DNA of 64,000 bases from a bacterium (GTDB lineage Bacteria; Auribacterota; Auribacteria; Auribacterales; Auribacteraceae): NCBI GenBank assembly GCA_018435605.1, contig JAHDNF010000008.1, positions 1,192 to 65,191 of the forward strand, read 5' to 3'. Shown piece after piece: positions 10,901-19,689 of the stretch. A program made the position numbers and the translations under genes. Within the stretch, counting starts at the first letter, position 1, and every line of letters begins with the position of its first letter. The notes beneath the pieces are model-generated. The model was not told where the DNA came from and ran no database searches. It saw nothing but the letters and a program-made list of their open reading frames with translations.

Positions 10901-12793
10901 CATATAGCGTTTGGAGCGTTCATCGGGATCGTTGAACTGGCGTATTGAAGTTTGTATCAAAGCGAATGCCGATTTGAGTTTATCTTTCAATGGTGAATAG
11001 GTTAGACGAAACGCAAGATTGTCAATTATTTCTTGTGTCATTCCGTCGATTCCTGAAGACAGCTCAGCGGCCAGTATTTCTTCAGGTAGTGCGAACAGCG
11101 CGTCAATGTCGACATTTTCAAGATTAGAAATGACAGTTGCCCGTCCTTCGGCGATAGCGGTCTGTATTTGAGGAGGTACTAAGTTTTTTTCAAATGTTTT
11201 ATCTCGTAATTCGTTTGCCAGTGCAGTTTCAACCGGCGTACCGCGTGTAGCCTGAAAATCTAGAAATTGTTCGTTGCGGGAAATAAGGAATTGATGTGAT
11301 GCTTTATTCCTGAAGATATCTATATAATCGCATGTCGGTTCTGCGGCGCCGAAGTGAGGCGATACAACCGCGTATGAAATATTTTCTTCTTTAAAAAAAT
11401 TTATAAGCGAATCCCTGTGAAAACCACCGAGTATGACAACTGCAACAGAATGTTTAGACTCGGTTATATAAGTATGTAGTTGGCGGATAAAAAAATCATC
11501 CCGAGCTATAGCCAGCCGATAAAAACGATCGATTTTATCGAGTAGCTCTAAAGAAAATACCGGCGGTTTAGGAACATCGCATGGGATAAGATGATCGTCG
11601 GCTATAGACTGTAATATTGCAGGCCAAAGCATGGGCTGAAATGTGTCGATGTGATCTGTATAGTAGATATATTCGTTTCTTGTAAGCTGAAGTGTGAGTA
11701 GCCGTTTATAAGTGAAAATATTATCTGACAGCTGTTTTAAGGAACTCTGATCGGATGTGGTGATAAGGGTATCGTAGAGTTTTAGTTCCAGAAGTTGCAT
11801 TTCGTCGGCTATAGACAGCATATCTATTTCGTCCATAGCTGTGAATACATCGTAGAATTCTTTTATAGAAGGTTCATCAAAAAGGTTTCCCGATCGTTGC
11901 TGTATCTGTGTAATTAAATCGGCAACATTATCGAGCGATTCCAATATGACTTGTTTGTGTAAGTCGTTCCAATTCTCGTATAGATCGGGGTTGTCTTCTT
12001 TTATTTTTGTCAGATGCTCATTGATTGAGGTGCGCAGTTGGATTTCGTTGAGTTTCTTTAAATAGTCAATATATTGTACGAACAGCCCGATATTGGGATA
12101 ATCTTTTGTCATCAAGCCATTTGTAACGCATTTGTCATTAAGATACGGCAAAAAATCGTTTATGGTGATGTTTCCGCTGTGATACCTTCGACAGTGCATG
12201 TCGAATTCCAGTAATTGAGGCGAAAAGACATCTTTTTTTACGATATCGACTTTGTTGTTTAACTCATCAAGAAAAGGACTGAGTAGTTCGCTGACAGCGA
12301 GAGTGTCAAACAGTGCGTTGACGTTATCGAGATACAGCGATTGATTTTCAATTCCGGTAATGGTAAATGTATAATCTGCATTAATATCAAGAAACTCTTC
12401 GCCGGAAATAAATCCTTTTTTCAAATAATCTATAGATACATTTTCCCTAATTTCTTTTGTAGCTATCGGGCGTAAGTGACTCAGATTTAAGTTTCCGGAA
12501 CCGCCTTCCGTAAAAACCTGATTGACGCTGAAGTTGGTTATAAGATAATCCAGCAGATTGGCTATATTGCGCTGGGCTTCGTGGTTGTAATGGAAATCAT
12601 TGACAATTATAAACTTATGAGCGCTTTGCGTTTCGTGTTTAGATTGTACGGCCGCGTATTTATCGGGTATCAATGAGCTCAAAGTTCTGGAATTATCTGA
12701 TGCGTAAGAATCGAAATAAGATTCCATCAAAAGGAAAAAGAACAACCATGAGCAAGCAGTAAGTAAATATTTTTTAGGTATGTTGATTAGCAT
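7985..12793 (-). CDS. giant (1602 aa) N-terminally anchored/secreted multidomain protein with an internal GT-B (GT9 heptosyltransferase-like) domain; function unknown
   Basis: Single uninterrupted ORF. N-terminal hydrophobic segment (LLTACSWLFFFLLM). Internal region around aa 780-1110 carries the N-terminal GT9 motif (NIAILPFFADGVGSSIRWMHAIRGIRKKNPDEYLSIVL, compare IL.IRLS.LGD...P..RALK...P.A.I..L) and the C-terminal motif (GTNSGALDMPLARGVPGVRL, compare NDSG.MHLAAAL..P.V.LFGP). The rest has no recognisable similarity. Confidence 0.6.
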   Translation of the reverse strand: MLINIPKKYLLTACSWLFFFLLMESYFDSYASDNSRTLSSLIPDKYAAVQSKHETQSAHKFIIVNDFHYNHEAQRNIANLLDYLITNFSVNQVFTEGGSGNLNLSHLRPIATKEIRENVSIDYLKKGFISGEEFLDINADYTFTITGIENQSLYLDNVNALFDTLAVSELLSPFLDELNNKVDIVKKDVFSPQLLEFDMHCRRYHSGNITINDFLPYLNDKCVTNGLMTKDYPNIGLFVQYIDYLKKLNEIQLRTSINEHLTKIKEDNPDLYENWNDLHKQVILESLDNVADLITQIQQRSGNLFDEPSIKEFYDVFTAMDEIDMLSIADEMQLLELKLYDTLITTSDQSSLKQLSDNIFTYKRLLTLQLTRNEYIYYTDHIDTFQPMLWPAILQSIADDHLIPCDVPKPPVFSLELLDKIDRFYRLAIARDDFFIRQLHTYITESKHSVAVVILGGFHRDSLINFFKEENISYAVVSPHFGAAEPTCDYIDIFRNKASHQFLISRNEQFLDFQATRGTPVETALANELRDKTFEKNLVPPQIQTAIAEGRATVISNLENVDIDALFALPEEILAAELSSGIDGMTQEIIDNLAFRLTYSPLKDKLKSAFALIQTSIRQFNDPDERSKRYMIILDSPPDLLAFIPEDISKQSIRPPYASTSYYGLNTVEYASMSEENLKRFRRLLKRDALDNNVSYSEPSGNDLRYINLFWKGLAAHTLDIKHREFFFRRTVSNAEARFFITETNSHIIVEDINAPDNIVSITKSKMQSCYRFESLNDRPRKNIAILPFFADGVGSSIRWMHAIRGIRKKNPDEYLSIVLFDIPTNRNFVMQQLEGVIDEVIWIDPINPLVHDQMNIMSHFRQKDPPRVLWELVIQNIIDNDKNILKSYPLELFVAGYDFSKHHPELPNEATNVYASSFFDMKQPVDFPVSDTDERLADEFYQSLDINTDEDIIIPFSLRLDMQLTEAVRNSNLYDTIRFINLLKTLTFQKTGKSPKIIFFGNSPQTFIDQLLDELARIERIPAKTSYIDRIKSLTFDLVKIARELQIMIDNDPDLIDFTNAWQLRHNKFQRTFTLPEQAAILGRGTFATGTNSGALDMPLARGVPGVRLTEYHYLGYNEFLVKDLTINLFTRQNTKSTKYSFVNMVADRAGVETYLNFLTSPPLQNDFEAAQKAYTTMLDYVMTKKSGQTTQMQKLYYVQRKYDLHASVNKEVTTSVNSDKPAPKSLEPLIKSFARWGIFGLDYFFDLDTQSARAELQSRSIDFKFPTTPWSPDIDISVYFGIHSFPRPPSKTYIVVIMPDDKLPTSNEMLSDPNIKAYIAKSEKVLIWNKTQHTSLTKLYPDLAEKIVLADQEQPPTTPRQLSSIPHVQSDNRAYQIILTLENLGGKIMEHLKTEYSVHNLKVIQRALDPDDTNFYINHIEDFNWGHDMVEKIYDYFKKDSRDVNAIDDLNYVGIWLISSKGWTMDSPVPFLLRFNDHLEIEGENIKRGYGANLFLSSEAFYRAYLAVVKGASIDNLAKLIRFQAHVVRIMSTTGYEYTSQRILLDEMVEIENSLIASFMNDYNVQFEYVAPGITPQQLAPHLHRLQIINKARSAFAASL

Positions 12794-12930
12794 CGGCGTG
12801 TCCCGATAAAATATTATTGGTGTATAATGTTTTTTATTTAGTTATATTATACTATATTTTTTACAAAAAAGGAAAATAGATGGTATATAAATAAAGGTCT
12901 ATTTTTATTCGAGGTTTTAAGAAAAGAAAA

Positions 12931-13003
12931 AGCGAGCGAAGGGATTCGAACCCTCGACAGCCAGCTTGGGAAGCTGGAACTCTACCAACTGAGTTACGCT
13001 CGC
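12931..13003 (-). tRNA. tRNA-Gly (anticodon CCC)
   Basis: Reverse complement folds as a canonical cloverleaf: GCGAGCG acceptor stem, D-arm ACTC/GAGT, anticodon stem CCAGC/GCTGG with loop TTCCCAA, T-arm GAGGG-TTCGAAT-CCCTT, discriminator U. No encoded CCA. Confidence 0.85.
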
Positions 13004-13083
13004 TTTGCAAAAGATATATACAATATAGTATTTATATTAAGTTTATCCGTCAATAAAAATCAGCTGTAAATTACCGGTCTTAG

Positions 13084-14007
13084 CTAGCGATTTACAAATT
13101 CATGTAGCGACGATTTTCGAATCAAATCCTGCAAACGCTCTTCGATAGCATGTTCGGTCAGCCCGAATAGATTGTTCATGCTGAAATCTTGGACGTTGAA
13201 AGATGCCATAACTGTGCCGTATGCCATTGCTTTTTTCAATGTCATTGTGTCGGTTTTGCCGGATTTACAGATATATCCGAGCATTCCGCCGGCAAACGTG
13301 TCGCCTGCGCCTGTGGGGTCTACCACTGTTTCGAGAGGGTAGGCTGGAACTGTGAATATATCGTCGCCATGTACAAGCAATGCTCCGTGTTCACCTTTTT
13401 TTACCACAACAGACTTAGGACCGTATGATTGAATTGCTCTGGCGGCTTTTATGATGTTATCGGATTCCGTGAGCATTTTGGCTTCAGCATCGTTGAGCAC
13501 GATTAGATCGATTTTCCCGAGCAATTTAATCAATTGCGGTTTCTTGTAGTTGATCCATAGATTCATGGTATCGCAAGCGACAAATTTGGGAGATCGAGTA
13601 AGATTAAGTACATCAAGTTGTAATTCCGGATTAATATTCGCTAGAAAAACGTATGGAGTGTCTTTGTATGATTCGGGCAATTCGGGTTTGAAATTTTCAA
13701 AGACATTCAGTTCAGTTGATAATGTTTCCGCTTCGTTGAGATTTTGCATATAACTTCCTGCCCATCGGAATGTTTTTCCGGGTTGTCGTACAAGACCGGT
13801 TGTGTCGATATTTCTTTTTTTAAGCATATCGATATGTTTCTGTGGAAAATCTTCGCCGATAACTGCCACGAGTTTTACAGGAACGAAAAAACTGGCTGAG
13901 TAAGAAAAGTATGTCGCCGAGCCTCCGAGTGATTCATCTCGTTCTCCTGCTGGAGTTTGTACATGATCAAACGCGACAGATCCTACTACAAGCAGACTAT
14001 TATCCAT
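13084..14007 (-). CDS. PfkB/ribokinase-family sugar kinase (candidate heptose-7-phosphate kinase by context)
   Basis: N-terminal LLVVGSVAFDH and C-terminal PfkB signature DPTGAGDTFAGG. Overlaps thiE by 8 nt in the same operon as gmhA and hldE domain II. Confidence 0.7.
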   Translation of the reverse strand: MDNSLLVVGSVAFDHVQTPAGERDESLGGSATYFSYSASFFVPVKLVAVIGEDFPQKHIDMLKKRNIDTTGLVRQPGKTFRWAGSYMQNLNEAETLSTELNVFENFKPELPESYKDTPYVFLANINPELQLDVLNLTRSPKFVACDTMNLWINYKKPQLIKLLGKIDLIVLNDAEAKMLTESDNIIKAARAIQSYGPKSVVVKKGEHGALLVHGDDIFTVPAYPLETVVDPTGAGDTFAGGMLGYICKSGKTDTMTLKKAMAYGTVMASFNVQDFSMNNLFGLTEHAIEERLQDLIRKSSLHEFVNR

Positions 14008-14647
14008 TTATCTCACCTTTAAGTTGTTGTTTAAATTGGGTAACTTTTTCATATTTATCATTGGCTTGGAGTATGGCCGAAACAACGGCCACTCTGTTTA
14101 TGCCATATTCGGTAATTTTGTTTAAACGGGCAAGGGCAACACCGCCGACGGCGAATACCGGTATATCGATGGTATTTACGACTTGTGCCGCGACATCGAT
14201 TCCGATAGCGGTGTATTCGGGTTTAGTTCCTGTAGCGAATAAAGGGCCTATAGCTATGTAATCGGGATTGAGAATACGGGTATGTAGAGCCTGATCTGCA
14301 GAATGAGTGGATGCACCTATAATAATTTTTTTTCCATATTGATCAGCTATTGAACGCGCTACAGGGACAGGCAAGTCGTCTTGCCCCAGATGAACTCCGT
14401 CCGCGTCGGACGCGAGAGCCAGATCAAGCCGGTTGTTGACAATAAACGGTATCGAATAAGAAGCTGTTATTTCTTTGAGTTGACAACAGATATTTAAAGC
14501 GTGGGCATCGCTTAGTGAATAATCCCTAAATTGAATAATATCCACCCCCGCTTCACAGCATTCGCGAGCGATTTCGCACAGACACTCTGCACCGATGTAC
14601 ATGGTGTCCAAAATTAGATAGAGATGCCTATTTTTTAGTGAGAGCAT
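14000..14647 (-). CDS. thiE: thiamine-phosphate synthase
   Basis: ThiE motifs present: FIVNNRLDLAL...DGVHLGQDD...GASTHS...DYIAIGPLFATGTKP...VGGV. Confidence 0.8.
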   Translation of the reverse strand: MLSLKNRHLYLILDTMYIGAECLCEIARECCEAGVDIIQFRDYSLSDAHALNICCQLKEITASYSIPFIVNNRLDLALASDADGVHLGQDDLPVPVARSIADQYGKKIIIGASTHSADQALHTRILNPDYIAIGPLFATGTKPEYTAIGIDVAAQVVNTIDIPVFAVGGVALARLNKITEYGINRVAVVSAILQANDKYEKVTQFKQQLKGEING

Positions 14648-15053
14648 ATTTTATCATTTTCTCCAGTGTATATACTTCAAACCGCAATTCTTTAATATCG
14701 GCTACGGGACGCGGACATATCAACTTCAAAAATTCTTCGATTACCCGCATAGCTTCTTCAACCCTCCGGCAGTTGGCTTCAACCAGTGAATCTATGGACT
14801 GACGGTTTCCCTCCAGATGGGGAATATATTCTTTTCCGACGTCTTCACTGCTTTCCCTGCTGGCAGTGATGCCGGATATCTCTGAGCGGAGCTCTTTTTC
14901 CAATTCACAAAATGAATGGCGTATTGTTTTTATCTGAGCGTATATGGATTTATCGTCCAGAAGGAATCGGCCTATTTCTTCTATAACGCGAAGGCCTTCG
15001 CGTGTTCTGTTACAGTTGGCGTCTATGATTCGCTTGATTTTGTCATCTATCAT
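14628..15053 (-). CDS. ThiD2-family protein (the N-terminal accessory domain of some ThiE proteins, here a separate gene)
   Basis: Contains IIDANCNRTREGLRVIEEIGRF. A second similar motif (VEANCRRVEEAMRVIEEF) suggests an internal duplication. Overlaps thiE by 20 nt. Confidence 0.5.
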   Translation of the reverse strand: MIDDKIKRIIDANCNRTREGLRVIEEIGRFLLDDKSIYAQIKTIRHSFCELEKELRSEISGITASRESSEDVGKEYIPHLEGNRQSIDSLVEANCRRVEEAMRVIEEFLKLICPRPVADIKELRFEVYTLEKMIKYALTKK

Positions 15054-15543
15054 TAGCGCAGTATCTTTCTATGATTGTCTGTATTATATTTCTTGTAGCT
15101 TTGCCTTGAACCAGTTCGATTGTTTTAACAATTCCGCCCCAGCTTTCAACTTCGTTTCTGCCGACAATGGTATCGAGCGTATAGTCAGCCCCTTTGATGA
15201 GTATGTTAGGTCGTAATGTCGTTATAAGAGTATAAGGTGTTTCTTCGTCGAAAGGCACAACGTAATCGACCATTTCCAGAGCGGCAAGTATTTCGGCTCG
15301 TTCTACAAGAGGTACTATAGGACGTAGCGGGCCTTTGTTAAGCTGTACGGAATAATCCGTATTCAGACCGACTACTAAAATATCACCGTGCTGTTTACAT
15401 TGGCGTAAATAGCTGATATGGCCTACATGAATCAAATCAAAACAGCCGTTTGTAAATACGATAACAGCGCCATGTCTTTTTTTATCTTCAAGGATTGGAG
15501 CTAATTGGGAACAGTTGAATATTTTTCCGTTCATGACGCTCAT
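15043..15543 (-). CDS. hldC: D-glycero-beta-D-manno-heptose-1-phosphate adenylyltransferase (stand-alone HldE domain II / RfaE2)
   Basis: VFTNGCFDLIHVGHISYL ... ILIKGADY ... ATRNIIQ closely mirrors E. coli HldE residues 344-477 and the cytidylyltransferase HxGH motif. Confidence 0.8.
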   Translation of the reverse strand: MSVMNGKIFNCSQLAPILEDKKRHGAVIVFTNGCFDLIHVGHISYLRQCKQHGDILVVGLNTDYSVQLNKGPLRPIVPLVERAEILAALEMVDYVVPFDEETPYTLITTLRPNILIKGADYTLDTIVGRNEVESWGGIVKTIELVQGKATRNIIQTIIERYCANDR

Positions 15544-16130
15544 GTACCTGCCGGCTTGGAATGGCAGACGTGCATTTGTTCGACAAGATCGCAGATAAGA
15601 TGCTCTATCATTAGATGCATTTCCTGAATTATAGGGGTCGAATCAGAGGGTATTACGATTGCCATATCGGACAAAGCCAGCATATCTCCGCCTGTTTTGC
15701 CTGTAAGTGATATGGTAACACATTGTTTTTCCTTGGCGGCAATCAAAGCCTGTGTAATGTTGGGGGATGTGCCGCTTGTAGAAATAGCCAATAGAATATC
15801 GTTCGGATTGGCAAGGGCTTCAATCTGTTTGCTGAAAATTTTATCAAAAGAATAATCATTGCTGATTGATGTAATAACCGATGTGTCTGTTGTTAAAGAG
15901 ATAGCCGGCAGGGGAGACCGTTCTCTGCGGAAACGATTAACAAATTCCGCCGCGATATGCTGGGCATCCGAAGCGCTTCCGCCGTTACCGCAAATCATTA
16001 ATTTCCCGCCATGAGAAATTTGTTTATAAATTATTTTTGCAACATCTGATATAGAATCGGTTAATGTGCTTAAAACTATTTCGGTTACGCGCTGGTGTTC
16101 TTTTATGTAATTAGTAATTGAGGAGCGCAT
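15540..16130 (-). CDS. gmhA: phosphoheptose (sedoheptulose-7-phosphate) isomerase, SIS domain
   Basis: GGKLMICGNGGSASDAQHIAAEF and the rest of the SIS fold pattern; ATGA 4-nt overlap with hldC. Confidence 0.85.
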   Translation of the reverse strand: MRSSITNYIKEHQRVTEIVLSTLTDSISDVAKIIYKQISHGGKLMICGNGGSASDAQHIAAEFVNRFRRERSPLPAISLTTDTSVITSISNDYSFDKIFSKQIEALANPNDILLAISTSGTSPNITQALIAAKEKQCVTISLTGKTGGDMLALSDMAIVIPSDSTPIIQEMHLMIEHLICDLVEQMHVCHSKPAGT

Positions 16131-16140
16131 TTGTTATCCC

Positions 16141-16839
16141 TCAAAATTCTCTTTCGTCACGGTTGTAATCGGCTTCGGTATTCGATTCCTGAGTCTCTTG
16201 AATCGGCTGGGTTACAACTCGTACATCAGGCGGATTTAGGGTTTTGTGACGCCGTGTGGGTATATCTCGTTGTGCGAAAGAATCTTTAGCAAGAAACACG
16301 TTAACTCCGTTGACATTTTCTATACCCAGCATATTTTGTAATTGAATACGAACCTCTTTCTGTATTTCCTCGATAGCAAGTGGTAAATTATTGACTCCCG
16401 CCCATATTTTGATTTTAAGATTCACATTGACAGAATCTTTGCCTTTAAGGGTTATCGATGGATATACATCTTTGATTTCCCTGAAATTTTTTCCGACTTT
16501 GCGTATAAAATCTTCAACTGCGAAAATAGAAATCATAATTTCACCTTCGCCGGTATTGTAATGCAGAAAGGTTTCCTTTCGTCTGCCGGATATATTTATA
16601 AAGAAATAAAGTATGGGGATACCGACAAATACTATGCTGGCAAGCAAAACATTAAGTCGGTTATAAAAAAACAGTTCGATTTCTTCTTTTACGAATGATA
16701 TTGATAAAAAACGTTCAAAATAGAGATCGAGCAAAAGTAGGCCGAGTGCAAGAAACGTAAGCGCGAAAATCGAATGGAAAATGAACCTAATAAAATTTTT
16801 CATCATATCATTCCTTTTGCATGTTGTAGCTTTATGCAT
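16141..16839 (-). CDS. membrane protein, possibly an Asp23-associated membrane anchor (AmaP-like); true start may be the internal MMKNFIRF
   Basis: N-terminal TM helices; 8-nt overlap with the upstream Asp23-family gene. Confidence 0.45.
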   Translation of the reverse strand: MHKATTCKRNDMMKNFIRFIFHSIFALTFLALGLLLLDLYFERFLSISFVKEEIELFFYNRLNVLLASIVFVGIPILYFFINISGRRKETFLHYNTGEGEIMISIFAVEDFIRKVGKNFREIKDVYPSITLKGKDSVNVNLKIKIWAGVNNLPLAIEEIQKEVRIQLQNMLGIENVNGVNVFLAKDSFAQRDIPTRRHKTLNPPDVRVVTQPIQETQESNTEADYNRDEREF

Positions 16840-17275
16840 CGAGTATATCTTTTGAATCAGTGTTCGGCAGTTTGACTCCCTGAATAATTAGATTTATTGC
16901 AACAACCTTTTTACCTGCCATTTCTTCAACATGTTTGCGGACATTATGTTGAATCTGTATAGCCATCTCCGGTATTTTTACGCCGTATTCGACAAAAATG
17001 CTGACTTCGATAATGACATTTTCGCCCTTAGTCTGGACTTTAATGCCGCGGTCAAGACTGCGTTTTCCGAATTTTTCAGCTATATCGCCGACTAAACCGC
17101 CGCCTGCGGCTATTACGCCAGGAATTTCCTGTACTGCCATATAGGTTATAACAGCTATAACATCGTCGCTTATAACGGTGCAGTCGCCGATCTGATCCTG
17201 ATCGTCTAATAACTTGACATCATAACCGTCAAGATTCGTTTTGCCGTCTTTGGCTTGTTTCGTTTTGGTAGACAT
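16832..17275 (-). CDS. Asp23/Gls24-family alkaline shock protein
   Basis: Asp23-family pattern (ISDDVIAVITYMAVQEIPGV...GIKV...VIIEVSIFVEYGVKIPE). Its position after accB-accC matches B. subtilis yqhY. Confidence 0.75.
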   Translation of the reverse strand: MSTKTKQAKDGKTNLDGYDVKLLDDQDQIGDCTVISDDVIAVITYMAVQEIPGVIAAGGGLVGDIAEKFGKRSLDRGIKVQTKGENVIIEVSIFVEYGVKIPEMAIQIQHNVRKHVEEMAGKKVVAINLIIQGVKLPNTDSKDILDA

Positions 17276-17293
17276 GATATCTCTCCTCCTGCC

Positions 17294-18643
17294 TTATTCC
17301 CTGTGTTTTAACAGTTCTTCAATGTAATTCGTTGCAAATTTACCGCTTCGGAAATTTTTCTCGTTTATTATTTCCCGCTGAAAATGAATGTTGGTAAAAA
17401 TGCCTTCTACAGTAAATTCGCTTAGAGCTCTGTCCATTATGGTAAGGGCGTCTTCGCGAGTTTTGCCGTGGGTGATCAGTTTGGCGATCATCGAATCGTA
17501 ATATTGCGGGATTGAATACCCCGCGTAAACATGGCTGTCTACCCGTACACCCATGCCGCCTGGCGCATAATAACCGGTTATTTTACCCGGCGACGGCATG
17601 AAGCCCCTGTCTGGGTTTTCGGCATTGATACGGCATTCTACAGCATGGCCGTTCATTTTGATATCTTTTTGAGTAAATGAAAGTTGTTCTCCGGAGGCAA
17701 CTTTTATTTGCTCTTTAATTAAATCTATACCGGTAATAAGTTCTGTTACCGGATGTTCGACTTGTATACGGGTATTCATTTCCATAAAATAGAAGTTGCC
17801 GTGTTTATCATATAAGAACTCAATAGTACCGGCATTGGAATAGTTTACTTCCTTTGCCGCTTTGACTGCGGCATCGCCCATTTTTTGTCGTACGGCCTCG
17901 GGAAGTACAGGAGAAGGGGACTCTTCAATGAGTTTTTGATGTCTGCGCTGTACCGTACAATCGCGTTCAAATAGATGAACGGTATTGCCGAGTTGATCTG
18001 CAAGAATCTGTATCTCAATATGGCGGGGGTTTTCGATAAACTTTTCGAGGTAAACGTCTGCATTGCCGAACGCAGATTCCGCTTCCGAACGAGCGGCCAT
18101 GTAAGCGTTAGCAAGGCTGATATCGTTGTGAGCGACGCGCATACCGCGCCCGCCGCCGCCGGCAGACGCTTTAATAATTACCGGATAACCCATTTCACGG
18201 GCGATCTTTAAGGCATCATCAGCGGATTTTACCACGCCGTCACTGCCCGGTATAGTAGGAACGTTGGCGTTTTTTACCGTTGTTTTTGCGCGTGATTTGT
18301 CGCCCATCAATTTAATGGATTCGGAACTGGGACCTATGAATTGTATATTGCAACTTGCGCAGATTTCAGCGAAATGGGCGTTTTCTGCCAGAAACCCGTA
18401 GCCGGGATGAATAGCTTCGACATTGCCGATTTCTGCGGCGCTGATTATGCTCGGAATATGTAAATAACTTTGTGAACTCGGAGCGCGCCCGATACAGATA
18501 GCTGTATCAGCCATTTTAGCATGGAGGCTATCGGCATCTGCTTCGGAATAAACGGCGACTGTTTCTATATTCAATTCATGACAGGCACGAATAATTCTCA
18601 GCGCGATTTCTCCGCGGTTTGCGATCAATATTCTTTTCAACAT
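17294..18643 (-). CDS. accC: acetyl-CoA carboxylase biotin carboxylase subunit
   Basis: [19 protein letters not shown]..., ATP-grasp motifs, 449 aa. Confidence 0.9.
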   Translation of the reverse strand: MLKRILIANRGEIALRIIRACHELNIETVAVYSEADADSLHAKMADTAICIGRAPSSQSYLHIPSIISAAEIGNVEAIHPGYGFLAENAHFAEICASCNIQFIGPSSESIKLMGDKSRAKTTVKNANVPTIPGSDGVVKSADDALKIAREMGYPVIIKASAGGGGRGMRVAHNDISLANAYMAARSEAESAFGNADVYLEKFIENPRHIEIQILADQLGNTVHLFERDCTVQRRHQKLIEESPSPVLPEAVRQKMGDAAVKAAKEVNYSNAGTIEFLYDKHGNFYFMEMNTRIQVEHPVTELITGIDLIKEQIKVASGEQLSFTQKDIKMNGHAVECRINAENPDRGFMPSPGKITGYYAPGGMGVRVDSHVYAGYSIPQYYDSMIAKLITHGKTREDALTIMDRALSEFTVEGIFTNIHFQREIINEKNFRSGKFATNYIEELLKHRE

Positions 18644-18658
18644 CGGTATTCACCTTTA

Positions 18659-19147
18659 CTACTTTTTTATTTTGAATAGTTTTTGGCCGTATTCAACAGG
18701 AGCTCCGTTTTCGGCCATGACTTCAAGGATTTTTCCTTTCATTTCCGCTTTGATTTCATTGAATACCTTCATTGCTTCAACGATACATACTACGTCATCC
18801 GGTTTGACTTCCTGACCGGTTGTAACATAAGGCGGAGATTCCGGAGACGGCGCGAGGTAAAAAGTTCCAACCATTGGCGACACAATGTAATCGACCGACG
18901 GGTCGTTTTCAGGTGCTTTTGGTTGTGCTACAGGCTGAGCGACAGGTTGAGGCGTAGGAGGTAAGATCGGTTGCGGAGAATAGTATGCCTGCATAGGTGT
19001 TTCTGTAATTTGCCGGGTTACTATTTCTTTTTCTTTTCGAAGTATGATTTTGAAATCGTCTTTTTCAAGTTCAAAATCGGTGATGTCGTTAGCTTTCATT
19101 AATTTGATCACTTCCTTGATCTCTCTCAGATCCATTGCAACCTCCAT
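18659..19147 (-). CDS. accB: biotin carboxyl carrier protein
   Basis: Pro/Ala-rich linker and biotinyl-lysine motif EAMKVFNEI. Confidence 0.85.
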   Translation of the reverse strand: MEVAMDLREIKEVIKLMKANDITDFELEKDDFKIILRKEKEIVTRQITETPMQAYYSPQPILPPTPQPVAQPVAQPKAPENDPSVDYIVSPMVGTFYLAPSPESPPYVTTGQEVKPDDVVCIVEAMKVFNEIKAEMKGKILEVMAENGAPVEYGQKLFKIKK

Positions 19148-19251
19148 TTTTGCAGTATAGTAGCAGTGAGTTTCCGTTGAAATTGTGTCATTTTAAGAAT
19201 AATTGAGTGTTTTGTCAAATGAATTAACAGCGCGTTACCTGTCTTTGCTAA

Positions 19252-19686
19252 TCATTTAGACAGGCGATGCACCAACGCGCGTAATCCCAGTTCGTAGCTC
19301 ATTTTACCGAAACCGCATATCTGTCCGACGCACACCCGTGCGGGATATGATGTGTGCCTGAATGATTCACGGGCGTGAATATTTGATAGATGAACTTCCA
19401 CAGCAGGTACGCCCACACCAGCGATGGCGTCCATTATTGCAATGCTTGTATGTGTGTACGCCGCAGGATTAATTATTATGCCGTCAAATCCATCCCGTGA
19501 GGCATGTATTTCGTCTATCAAAGCCGATTCGCTGTTGGATTGTTTGAAGACGATTTCCGCATTGAGCGTTTGAGCTGTTTGGCGCAGGAACGTTTCTATA
19601 TCTTGCATGGTTTCCGAACCGTAAACGGTTTGCTCTCGAGTTCCCAAAAGGTTAAGGTTCGGGCCGTTAAGCACTAATATACGCAT
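19252..19686 (-). CDS. aroQ: type II 3-dehydroquinate dehydratase
   Basis: MRILVLNGPNLNLLGTRE...; 144 aa. Confidence 0.85.
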   Translation of the reverse strand: MRILVLNGPNLNLLGTREQTVYGSETMQDIETFLRQTAQTLNAEIVFKQSNSESALIDEIHASRDGFDGIIINPAAYTHTSIAIMDAIAGVGVPAVEVHLSNIHARESFRHTSYPARVCVGQICGFGKMSYELGLRALVHRLSK

Positions 19687-19689
19687 AGT

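Noticed and set aside
7985-12930. Genomic island integrated at the 3' end of tRNA-Gly (giant protein plus TPR lipoprotein)
   Set aside because: No integrase or recombinase gene, no direct repeat of the tRNA 3' end at the putative far boundary, and purC (housekeeping) follows immediately.
15043-15060. TPP riboswitch upstream of thiD2-thiE
   Set aside because: The upstream gene hldC overlaps thiD2 by 11 nt, so there is no leader in which a THI element could fit.
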